Positions 44,805 to 53,036 of a DNA stretch of 64,000 bases are shown here, one piece after another. A model generated the notes under the pieces. The model made no database searches. It was not told the origin of the DNA and saw only the letters and a list, made by a program, of their open reading frames with translations. The DNA is from Armatimonadia bacterium (GTDB lineage Bacteria > Armatimonadota > Zipacnadia > Zipacnadales > UBA11051). The position numbers and the translations under genes are program-made. How positions within the stretch are numbered: the stretch's first letter is position 1; the number at the start of each line of letters is the position of its first letter. The DNA is taken from assembly GCA_039683575.1 (NCBI GenBank), contig JBDKRC010000137.1, positions 23,704-87,703 of the forward strand. Reading direction: 5' to 3'.

Positions 44805-45235
44805 CAGGTGCGTCTCCCTCGGCTCTGCCGCAGGGCAAAGTGATCAACAAGCTCCTGCTCAGCCCGCCGCTGGCGCTGCGTCTGCGCCAATTCCAGCCGT
44901 TCAATCAGCCGCTCCAGTACCCGCGCCTCCTGCGCCGCCACGACCTCGGCTGCTCGCAATTCTCTCAGTCGCCCCTGTCGGGCCGCCAGCTCCAGCCGGA
45001 GCCGCTTCGCTTCCGTTACCAGCCACTCTCCGTACCGCCGTCGATGGCCCCGCACCGCGGCCGCTTCCCTCGCCGTCACCTGCAACGCCGTGTGCTCGTC
45101 TACCACCCGCTCCAGCGCCCCACGTCGCTGCTGAACCTCCGCCCGCTCCAGCTCTGCCTCGTGCCTCAGTGCCTCGTGTTGGCCCACCGCCGCACGGTGC
45201 AGCCGCCACAAGTTCGTCAGTCGCTGGGCCTCCAT
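44804..45235 (-). CDS. fliJ: FliJ-like coiled-coil stalk
   Basis: 143-aa helical protein after fliI; ARVLERL.ER...EQELVD. Confidence 0.7.
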   Translation of the reverse strand: MEAQRLTNLWRLHRAAVGQHEALRHEAELERAEVQQRRGALERVVDEHTALQVTAREAAAVRGHRRRYGEWLVTEAKRLRLELAARQGRLRELRAAEVVAAQEARVLERLIERLELAQTQRQRRAEQELVDHFALRQSRGRRT

Positions 45236-45238
45236 CGC

Positions 45239-46606
45239 CTACTCCGCCTCCGCCAATTGTAGCAGCCTCTGCTGCGTCTCCGCCGGGTCCGTGTACTCGT
45301 CCTCGCTCTGCCGCAGGAAGTCCTGCAGCCGCTCCCACAAACGCAGAGCCCGGTCCACGTGGGGCCGGGCCCCGGCCCTGTATGCCCCCACCGCCAGGAG
45401 ATCCTCTACCTCCCGCCGCGCTCCCACCAGTGCTCGCACCGTCCCCGCCGCCTGCCGGTGCCGCTCCCCCACTACCTGCGGCATCAGCCGTGATATGCTC
45501 CCTCCCATATCTATCGCCGGGTAATGCCCCTGGTCTGCGAGCTGCCGGCTCAAAACGATGTGACCGTCAAGTATTGCGCTGACTGTGTCCGCCACCGGCT
45601 CGCTCAGGTCGTCTCCCTCCACCAGCACCGAGTACACCCCCGTGATCGTCCCACGATCTGCCGCTCCGGCCCGCTCCAAAAGCCTTGGCAGGAACTCGTA
45701 CATTGAGGGCGGGAACCCGCGCGTGGTCGGCGTCTCGCCTGCCGCCAGGCCGACCTCTCGCTGCGCCCGGGCGAGCCGGGTCAGCGAATCCATGAGCAGG
45801 AGCACATTCAGCCCCTGATCCCGGAAGTACTCCGCGATGGCCGTGGCTGTCAGCCCTGCCGTGATGCGCACCAGTGCCGGCTCGTCCGAAGTCGCCACCA
45901 CCACCACGGCTTTGCCTCGCCCCTCACGCAGCTTACCTTCCAGGAAATCACGCACCTCGCGGCCACGCTCGCCGATCAGTGCCACCACTGTCACGTCTGC
46001 CTGGCTGTGCCGGGCCATCATGCCCAGGAGAGTGCTCTTGCCGGCGCCTGCGCCGGAGAAGATGCCCAGACGCTGTCCACGCCCGCATGTGAGCAGCCCA
46101 TCCAGCGCGCGCACCCCAAAGAACATCGGCTCCAGTACTCGCTGCCGCGTCAGCGGTGAAGGAGGCAAGGCCTCAGCAGCCCGCAGCACCGTGGGACCGA
46201 GGCCGCCCAGGCCGTCGATGGGTTGCCCAAAGGCGTCCAGCACGCGCCCCAGCGCCCCGTCGCCCACTTGAACCGTCAGAGACGTCCCCCGCGCCACCAC
46301 CTGACACCCCGGCTCGACTCCGCTTAGTCGGCCCAGTGGCAGCAGCAGCGTCATCCCCCGCCGGAAGCCCACAACCTGGGCCGCCGTCTCCCCATGCCCG
46401 TCATGTGTTTGGATTTTGCAGATCTCCCCCACCCCCGCCGGTGGCCCCTCCGATACGACAGTCAACCCGACAAGCTCCACGACCCGCCCCACAGCATCAT
46501 GGCGCCGCGTCCGCCGCACCTGTGCCGCCAGGTCCTCCAGCCACTGCTTCTCGCGTGTAACGAGAGGGCAGTGGGGGCTTGTAACGGTAGTTGCCTCCCC
46601 ACTCAT
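45239..46606 (-). CDS. fliI: FliI/SctN export ATPase
   Basis: GAGAGKST, IGERGREV, LLMDSLTR, LLERAG, DGHIVLSR. Confidence 0.93.
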   Translation of the reverse strand: MSGEATTVTSPHCPLVTREKQWLEDLAAQVRRTRRHDAVGRVVELVGLTVVSEGPPAGVGEICKIQTHDGHGETAAQVVGFRRGMTLLLPLGRLSGVEPGCQVVARGTSLTVQVGDGALGRVLDAFGQPIDGLGGLGPTVLRAAEALPPSPLTRQRVLEPMFFGVRALDGLLTCGRGQRLGIFSGAGAGKSTLLGMMARHSQADVTVVALIGERGREVRDFLEGKLREGRGKAVVVVATSDEPALVRITAGLTATAIAEYFRDQGLNVLLLMDSLTRLARAQREVGLAAGETPTTRGFPPSMYEFLPRLLERAGAADRGTITGVYSVLVEGDDLSEPVADTVSAILDGHIVLSRQLADQGHYPAIDMGGSISRLMPQVVGERHRQAAGTVRALVGARREVEDLLAVGAYRAGARPHVDRALRLWERLQDFLRQSEDEYTDPAETQQRLLQLAEAE

Positions 46607-47160
46607 GAGTGCGTCGCCTGCAGCGCCTGCGCAAGATTCCGCAACTGCGTGCCAATGGTGGCGTCCACACCGCCGCGATCGGTGCTCAGTCTGCAGCCGC
46701 CGGGCTCTATCTCCGTATCCGCCTGCCATGCCAGTTCCAGGGGGCACTGCTCCAGCAACCCCGGCTGAGCCTGCAGGTGCTCCAAATCATCGGGATGCAC
46801 CCGCACTACTACCCGGGTCGCGAAATGCAGATGCTGCAGGGCCTCCTGCAGCGTCCTTTCCACAACCGTGCGATCCACCGCAACCTCGCGCCTGATGACT
46901 TCCTCCGCCAACGCTAGAACCAACCGCAGCAGCGACGGCCGGAGCTCGCCCAGAAGCCGCTCCTGCTCCTGCACCAGTTCCGCCATCACGCGGTTGATGA
47001 GCCGCAGGTGACGGTTCAGGGTCTCGGTCTCGGGCTCTGGGACCGGTGGCGCCGACGCCACTGGTGTCGGCTCTCGTACCAGCTCCGCGAAGGGCTCATA
47101 TAGCGGCTGCACAGCCGCGGGTAGCGTCTGAGGGTCCAGGTTCTTCAGCAATTGCGCCAT
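46603..47160 (-). CDS. fliH: FliH/SctL-like protein
   Basis: AEEVIRREV, VHPDDL, D..I.PGGC......G.VDATI..QL. Confidence 0.85.
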   Translation of the reverse strand: MAQLLKNLDPQTLPAAVQPLYEPFAELVREPTPVASAPPVPEPETETLNRHLRLINRVMAELVQEQERLLGELRPSLLRLVLALAEEVIRREVAVDRTVVERTLQEALQHLHFATRVVVRVHPDDLEHLQAQPGLLEQCPLELAWQADTEIEPGGCRLSTDRGGVDATIGTQLRNLAQALQATHS

Positions 47161-47181
47161 TCGGCCATGCTCCCAGGCTTG

Positions 47182-47997
47182 CTACAGTTTGTGGTATTTG
47201 CGCCGTAAGGCCGCCGCCAGCGCCTCCCGCACTTCCCCCTCCAGTTCGTGTTGTGGTGCCATAGCCGGCTGCCTCTGCAGCCATGCCTCTACTCGCCGCC
47301 GTAGCGGACCCCGTACCTGCCGGGCCAGCACCGCTGCTACCTCCGGGCGTTCGTCCGCAAGCAGTCTCTCCAGGCCATTCGCACCTGCACCATTGAGAAA
47401 GTCAAATGGTCCCGCAGGTTCGGCAGTGTGCTTCTTCCACGGCTGCCTGGCCGCCACTGCAGCAACAACTCCCACCACAAGCGCGGCGAGCAACCACGGT
47501 ATCGGGGTCTGCCTCTGAGCAGGCAGGTTCTGGGGCTGCGTCTGCCCCTGGGCATACAGCAGCTTGCCGTTGCTCTCCACCACTGTCAGCCGCGCCGGTT
47601 GCAGTCCGGGGCAACCTTCGGTCAGGACCCTGATAAGGCTCTCAAGTACCTCTGGCGACAGTTCCCGCCCTGCCCGCGGCTTGATCAGCACCTGCGCCGA
47701 AAGCTCCTGCGCCGCCTCCCCCGTCAGCAGCACTTCCGCGCTCTGTACCGGCTCAAATCCGCGCAGCACCCCGGCGAGGCGCTTCTGCTGGCTGGCGCGC
47801 GAAGATGGCAGCGTATATGGCGCCGGAGCGAAATCGGCAGGCATGGCAAAAGCAGGGGCAACTTCGGCAGAGGCGGCCGGGGGAGGCGTCTGAGCGCCGA
47901 GAGGCATGACGAACGCAGACAAGAGGAAGATGAAGAAGAAGCTTCCGGAGTGAGAACACCGCCTGAGGTACGCGTACATCAGACGCCTGAGGGTCAC
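47182..47997 (-). CDS. Miniature FliF ring-building motif, TM and FliG middle domain fusion
   Basis: aa ~70-148 resemble FliF/YscJ RBM2 (V.SA.V...LSPE....PGL....TVV..NG.LL); aa ~196-270 resemble FliG-M (PFDFL...L.DERPEVAAVL); start uncertain. Confidence 0.7.
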   Translation of the reverse strand: MTLRRLMYAYLRRCSHSGSFFFIFLLSAFVMPLGAQTPPPAASAEVAPAFAMPADFAPAPYTLPSSRASQQKRLAGVLRGFEPVQSAEVLLTGEAAQELSAQVLIKPRAGRELSPEVLESLIRVLTEGCPGLQPARLTVVESNGKLLYAQGQTQPQNLPAQRQTPIPWLLAALVVGVVAAVAARQPWKKHTAEPAGPFDFLNGAGANGLERLLADERPEVAAVLARQVRGPLRRRVEAWLQRQPAMAPQHELEGEVREALAAALRRKYHKL

Positions 47998-48082
47998 GGG
48001 CTAAGCCCCCTGTGGATCGGGTTGGCCGCCCGAGACTAACTGAGCAGGCCCGAATGCGTATGGGGCGTCAATTCCCCACATG

Positions 48083-48109
48083 TCATCGACAAACCTGCGT
48101 CAGAATGAA
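48083..48109 (-). promoter_or_regulatory. Putative sigma28-type promoter of the export operon
   Basis: TTCA-N15-GTCGATGA versus consensus TAAA-N15-GCCGATAA. Confidence 0.4.
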
Positions 48110-48152
48110 GTCTTATGTGAAATATTATGTCGTACAGTTGCGCAAAGTGTGC

Positions 48153-49517
48153 TCAAGCCGCCATACTTGCCAAGAACGCCTCTACAACAGCCTGGCTGAA
48201 CTGTGTTCCGGTGCACCTGCTAAGCTCATTACGCGCTGCTTCGGCCGGCAAAGCATCGCGGTATGGACGCTGTGAGGTCATCGCATCGTAGGCGTCGCAC
48301 ACCGCGATGATCAGCGCGTCCAGAGGAATCTGCGAGTGATGAAGCCCAAAGGGGTACCCGCGGCCATCGAACCGCTCGTGATGGTGGCGCACCGCCGAGA
48401 CGATATGCCGCAATTGCGGGATGCAACTGATGATTGCCGCCCCGCGGTCGGGATGCACCCGCACCTCCTGCCACTCCGCCTCGCTCAGCCGCCCGTCTTT
48501 CCGCAGAATTGCAGTATCCACCGCGATCTTCCCTACGTCATGCACCACCGCGGCGGTGTAGATGTCATCAGCTTCCTGCCTGGACAGCCCCAGCGCAAGC
48601 GCCGTCGCGCGCGCCGCACCTGCCACTCGCCGCGAGTGTCCGCACGTATACGGATCTTTGGCCTCAATCGCCGCCACGAGTGCCTCAATGCTGCTCATAA
48701 ACAGGTTGCGCAGGTCTTCCACCAGCATGCGGTTGCGGATGGCCAGCGCCGCCTGGCGTCCCGTCGCCTGCAGCAACTTGGCCTCCCGTGAACTGAAGGG
48801 CGCGTCGAGCGCGCGGCTGATCGCGAGCAGGCCACACCAGCATTGATCGCGGTTAAGGCCGCTCACCAGCACATGCTTGCCCTGCATCTCAAACGAGAAG
48901 GGGAGGTCAGGACGAAGCTCATCGACCGCCCGCGCCTGCAGCCGCTCCCACACCAGGCCAATCTCGTCAGCGGGCATGTTCTCAACCGCCAGGGGCACTG
49001 CCTGGCTCGCGCCATCCACCGACAGTACGCACGCTCCGGTAGCTCCCATGGTCCCTGAGACATGAGCCAGCAGCGTTTGCGCCACCGATTCGCGCGACGA
49101 GGGCAGGCTGATCGTTTCCAAAACCCCGTAGGCAACGGACAGTTCCTGGTACGTCGCCGCCAGCTCGCGCACCGTAGCGGACATCTCCTGCTCGGCGTCC
49201 GCCGTCGCTTGCAGCGCCTCCGCCAGAGCTTTGACCACGTTCTCATCCGGCGGCTTGTGTGGCCCCCCCTGACAGGCTACCAGTTGCCCTCCTGCGTACT
49301 GCCCGCCACCCAAGGGGAAATGGTGGGCCCCACGGCAGTGGGCCCCTGCGATCAGCAGCGGACAGTCCGGCATGGTCGCGCAGGTCACTGCGGAAGGAGG
49401 CAGCAGCGCTGCCATCCGGGTACCATCAGCGCCGTACTGCGCCCAGTAGAGCCCCAGGGTCCCGACCAGAGCCGCCAGCGCCGAGGATACCTGATCTTCG
49501 CCGGTCCTCATCAACAT
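48153..49517 (-). CDS. GAF plus HD-GYP cyclic-dinucleotide phosphodiesterase
   Basis: DPYTCGHS.RV, HDVGK, HHERFDGRGYP, DAYDAMTS.RPYR; start uncertain. Confidence 0.88.
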   Translation of the reverse strand: MLMRTGEDQVSSALAALVGTLGLYWAQYGADGTRMAALLPPSAVTCATMPDCPLLIAGAHCRGAHHFPLGGGQYAGGQLVACQGGPHKPPDENVVKALAEALQATADAEQEMSATVRELAATYQELSVAYGVLETISLPSSRESVAQTLLAHVSGTMGATGACVLSVDGASQAVPLAVENMPADEIGLVWERLQARAVDELRPDLPFSFEMQGKHVLVSGLNRDQCWCGLLAISRALDAPFSSREAKLLQATGRQAALAIRNRMLVEDLRNLFMSSIEALVAAIEAKDPYTCGHSRRVAGAARATALALGLSRQEADDIYTAAVVHDVGKIAVDTAILRKDGRLSEAEWQEVRVHPDRGAAIISCIPQLRHIVSAVRHHHERFDGRGYPFGLHHSQIPLDALIIAVCDAYDAMTSQRPYRDALPAEAARNELSRCTGTQFSQAVVEAFLASMAA

Positions 49518-49600
49518 ATTGCTCACATCATCCAACTCGGTACTAAAGGCTTCTTTGCCCACAGAAGACGCGACAGGAACATGCTCCGAGCATCTGCGGA

Positions 49601-49625
49601 GCGGGCGAGACGCCCGCACTACGCG
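49601..49625 (-). repeat. GTAG-type REP
   Basis: GCGGGCGAGACGCCCGCACTACGCG; one mismatch to the copy at 50834. Confidence 0.75.
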
Positions 49626-49646
49626 GGCAGTAAGGAGGGCTCCCGC

Positions 49647-50039
49647 CTACCCCACCGCATCCAATGCCGCCAGCAGTTCCCCCGGGTTCGGCGGCTTGTT
49701 CAAGATGCCCTGAACATACTCGCGCAGCGGTCCGAGCACCTCGTTGCCGGGCAGTACTCCCGTAAGCACATACAGCGGCGTTTCCGCCAGCTTGGGCACC
49801 GCCCTGAGCCTCCGGCATAGCTCCAGCGCCTCCATACCGGGCATGTTCACATCAATGATGATCACATCGGGCTGACTGATCTCCGCCAGCGGCAGCGCTT
49901 CCTCGCCATTACCTGCGGCAAGAACCCGCGCCTGCCGAGCCTGCTCCAGGATGCAACCCACCGCGCGCGCTATGAAAGCATCATCATCAACCACGAGAAC
50001 CGTGCGTGACGCCCCTTCTGCTTGCATGGCAGCCCTCAC
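49647..50039 (-). CDS. Single-domain response regulator (receiver)
   Basis: VLVVDDD, IIIDVNMPGM, VLTG, KP. Confidence 0.9.
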   Translation of the reverse strand: MRAAMQAEGASRTVLVVDDDAFIARAVGCILEQARQARVLAAGNGEEALPLAEISQPDVIIIDVNMPGMEALELCRRLRAVPKLAETPLYVLTGVLPGNEVLGPLREYVQGILNKPPNPGELLAALDAVG

Positions 50040-50731
50040 GCGCTTCCTTCCAGGAGATCCTCAGAGGAAGCGAGCCGCATCCTTCCGATGTATGGCACCT
50101 GCAGGCAGAGCAGTCCCTCCTCCGCTACGAGCGTCATCTTCCCACCATGTGACTGCAACAGCGCCCGGGCTGAACGGTAGCCGAAACGGGTTGTATCGAA
50201 ACTCGCCGGGCGTTCGGAGGCGGCAACAACATTCAGGAGCACGCTCTCGCCTTCCACTGCTGTCGAGAGACTCAACCGGGCCTTTGGCCCTGCCCATTCC
50301 GTCTGCGTCTCGATGGCGGCCAGCATTATCTGCCGCAGCACCGGACGCGACCAGATCAGTGGCAGCGGCGCCTCATCTGCCTCACGCACCACCGCGACTT
50401 CGTGCAACTCCAGGAGGTCCCGCAACTCTTCCAGCGCTTCGTCCACCACTTCGCCCAGCACGATCTCCTCCAACTCGCCGTCTGGTGGCGGGGCCGCCAG
50501 CGAGGCGAAATAGCTCCCCATACGGCCGAGGCGCCGGGCCTCGGCGATGATTGCCTTCGCATACTTCTCCCGCGTCTCCATATCCAGCGTCGTCAGCCAC
50601 GCGAGGCACTCGGCATATGTGCAGATGGCGGTCAGTGGTGACCGCATGTCATGATTCACCTGCCGCGCCAGCTCCGCGAACGTTTCCTGGTCTGGGAAGT
50701 ACTGCCCGTGTGCATCAATGATCATCCGCAT
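50036..50731 (-). CDS. HisKA protein with degenerate ATPase domain (pseudokinase or phosphotransferase-like)
   Basis: H-box NHDMRSPLTAI intact; N, G1 and G2 boxes eroded; GAGGGA before ATG 50731. Confidence 0.7.
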   Translation of the reverse strand: MRMIIDAHGQYFPDQETFAELARQVNHDMRSPLTAICTYAECLAWLTTLDMETREKYAKAIIAEARRLGRMGSYFASLAAPPPDGELEEIVLGEVVDEALEELRDLLELHEVAVVREADEAPLPLIWSRPVLRQIMLAAIETQTEWAGPKARLSLSTAVEGESVLLNVVAASERPASFDTTRFGYRSARALLQSHGGKMTLVAEEGLLCLQVPYIGRMRLASSEDLLEGSA

Positions 50732-50775
50732 AGTTCGATCCCTCAAAATGACGAAGACCCGGCTTGCCGTTAACA

Positions 50776-50802
50776 TCATCGGCAGTCCGGGTCTTCACTT
50801 AA
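50776..50802 (-). promoter_or_regulatory. Putative sigma28 promoter of the signalling module
   Basis: TTAAGTGA-N11-GCCGATGA versus TAAAGTTT-N11-GCCGATAA. Confidence 0.55.
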
Positions 50803-50833
50803 GAGACCTGAGCGTATTTTGAGTATTGAGGCA

Positions 50834-50901
50834 GCGGGCGGGACGCCCGCACTACGCGTGATCGGTGACAAGGGTCGGCGGGGTACGAGCCCCCGCACTA
50901 C
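50834..50901 (-). repeat. Two GTAG-type REPs
   Basis: GCGGGCGGGACGCCCGCACTACGCG (50834-50858); GCGGGGTACGAGCCCCCGCACTAC (50878-50901). Confidence 0.7.
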
Positions 50902-50922
50902 AGCCCGAGGGTCGCGGCGCGG

Positions 50923-52107
50923 CTACTTCACGCCGAGTTCGAAACCCCGAGGCTCCGCCAAATCCTTCATCACGATCGCTCCGGTTGGGCATAGCTGCTG
51001 GCAGAGCCCGCATCCGTCGCAGGCCTGCTCCGGGATCTCATAGGCCTTGGTGCCCTCGACCGGCGCGTCGTAGATACACACGCGCGCGCAGAGACCGCAC
51101 TTGATGCACTTGCTGCTCTCGATGTCGGCAACCTGCCGCTTGATCCGGTCTATCTCGTCGTTGCCTTTGACCCGTCCGCAGACGTTGCCGCGGAAGTCTT
51201 CGAGCCGTTCGTAACCCTTGCGGTCCATGAACTCAGCCAGCCCGGAGAGCAGCTTACCCACCACCGAGTAGCCCTGCATCACGATGGCGGTGCAGGTCTG
51301 CACGAGTGTCGAGCCCGCCAGGATCAGCTTCGCCACGTCTGCGCCGTCGCTCACGCCGCCACTGGCTAGAATCGGCACCGGCAGCGTCGGCGATACGTCC
51401 GAAATCCAGCGCAACACATAATGAATGGACCAGGGCCCGCCGTGTCCCGCGTAGCCCCCGTGCATGATGGGCAGCTCGGTCTCAAGGTCAATATCCAGCC
51501 CTGTGAAGCGGTTGAACATCGTAACCGCGTCTGCTCCAGCCTCCGCCAGCGCGTTGGCCACCGCCCCCGGCTGCGAAAGCTGCGGGCTCATCTTGGGGAT
51601 GGCGGGAATGGCCACGGCGTCTTTGACAGCGCGAAGCGCCCGCGTCATCTCCGCCATCATGTCGGCATGTGACATGATGTGGGTGCCGTGCGGGCACGAG
51701 ACGTTCAGCTCGATCGCGTCCGCCCCTGCCTGCTCAACCAGCTTGGCCCCCTCGTTCCACCGCTCCTCGGTGTTGCAGTTCAGGCTGGCGATGATGGGTA
51801 TCTCACACATCTCTTTGGCCCGCCTGATCTGCTCGGCGAACTCATCGAGACCATATACGTTGGCCTGTTCAAAGGAATACAGGCAAAACGACTTGTCCCG
51901 TCCCAGGCCATCACGAATGACGCGGAAGCGCGGTGTGGGTGAGTGCCGCGCAGGCTCGTACTGGAAGTAGCTCTTGATGATGGCAGCGCCACATCCGGCG
52001 TCCTCGCACCGCTTCAGCCGGTCAGCCGTTTCGGTGATCCCGGCCGCCGCCGCCACGATAGGGTTGCGAAGCTCTAGCCCGCAGCACTGAACGGATAGGT
52101 CAACCAT
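50923..52107 (-). CDS. Dihydroorotate/dihydropyrimidine dehydrogenase family flavoprotein with C-terminal 2x[4Fe-4S] (PreA-like)
   Basis: ELNVSCPH, KMSP, ASGGV, CIKCGLCARVC, CDGCGLCQQLCP. Confidence 0.8.
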   Translation of the reverse strand: MVDLSVQCCGLELRNPIVAAAAGITETADRLKRCEDAGCGAAIIKSYFQYEPARHSPTPRFRVIRDGLGRDKSFCLYSFEQANVYGLDEFAEQIRRAKEMCEIPIIASLNCNTEERWNEGAKLVEQAGADAIELNVSCPHGTHIMSHADMMAEMTRALRAVKDAVAIPAIPKMSPQLSQPGAVANALAEAGADAVTMFNRFTGLDIDLETELPIMHGGYAGHGGPWSIHYVLRWISDVSPTLPVPILASGGVSDGADVAKLILAGSTLVQTCTAIVMQGYSVVGKLLSGLAEFMDRKGYERLEDFRGNVCGRVKGNDEIDRIKRQVADIESSKCIKCGLCARVCIYDAPVEGTKAYEIPEQACDGCGLCQQLCPTGAIVMKDLAEPRGFELGVK

Positions 52108-52197
52108 GTGGTTCTCCACAAACGCAGCAGGCCGGATGTCTCCGGCCCCTGGTGATTCGGCTCTGCATCTCATACGGCAGCCTGACCCTGTGTAGGC

Positions 52198-52947
52198 CTA
52201 AGCCCCAAGGGTCTCCAGCACTGCGTCAGAGATGTCGAAGTTGGCGTAGACTTCCTGCACGTCGTCGTTGTCCTGGATGTCCTCGAGCAGCTTCAGAACC
52301 CTGGGGGCATCCTCATCCGATACTTCCTTCGTTGCCGTCGGAAGCTGCGTCACCTCGGCGCGCTCAAACTCCAGGCCCATCTCGCGCAGAGCGTCATAGA
52401 CCTGCTGAAAGGCCCGCGCCTCGGTGCGGATCTCGTACATGCCGTCTTCTTCAGTGACATCCTCGGCGCCGGCGTCGACCGCGGTCATGAACAGTTCGTC
52501 ATAGTCGGCCTTGTCGCTGGGGATGGTGAGGATGCCCTTTTGCTCAAACATCCACACCACTGCACCGGCCTCAGCCATCGATCCGCCGGCCTTGCGCAGG
52601 ATGTTCCGCAGATCGGCCACGGTCCGCGTCTTATTGTCGGTGAGGACCTCGATCATCATCGCCACGCCAGCCGGTCCATACGCCTCATAGATGGCGTTTT
52701 CGTAGTTCACGCCCTCGATCTCACCGGTGCCGCGCTTGATGGCGTGGTTGATGTTATCGGCGGGCATCTCCGCCGCGCGCGCCTTGTCCACGATCAGGCG
52801 CAGTCGTGGGTTCATGTCAACATTGCCGCCGCCATCGCGCGCCGCCAGGGTAATCAGGCGCGACATTTTCGCGAAGACCTTCGACTTCTTCGCGTCCTGG
52901 CGCGTCTTGCGGTGCACGATATTAGCCCATTTTGAGTGTCCGGACAT
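52198..52947 (-). CDS. yebC: YebC/PmpR family protein
   Basis: MSGHSKWANI, YEAYGPAG, TDNKTRT, DDVQEVYAN. Confidence 0.95.
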   Translation of the reverse strand: MSGHSKWANIVHRKTRQDAKKSKVFAKMSRLITLAARDGGGNVDMNPRLRLIVDKARAAEMPADNINHAIKRGTGEIEGVNYENAIYEAYGPAGVAMMIEVLTDNKTRTVADLRNILRKAGGSMAEAGAVVWMFEQKGILTIPSDKADYDELFMTAVDAGAEDVTEEDGMYEIRTEARAFQQVYDALREMGLEFERAEVTQLPTATKEVSDEDAPRVLKLLEDIQDNDDVQEVYANFDISDAVLETLGA

Positions 52948-52987
52948 ATGAGAAAAGCGCCTCCGTCAACAGCGATTAGTGATGGAC

Positions 52988-53017
52988 AGTATATCACTGT
53001 AGGGCCTAAGGCGGCAA
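52988..53017 (-). promoter_or_regulatory. sigma70 promoter of yebC
   Basis: TTGCCG-18-TATACT with TGn extension. Confidence 0.5.
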
Positions 53018-53036
53018 GTGCGCCAGCCACTGTGAT

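Noticed and set aside
37131-47997. Calling the cluster an ordinary flagellar operon or an injectisome
   Set aside because: No axial, stator, needle or secretin genes in the window, and key domains are truncated; fliO, fliM and fliA point to flagellar ancestry. The rest of the genome is unseen.
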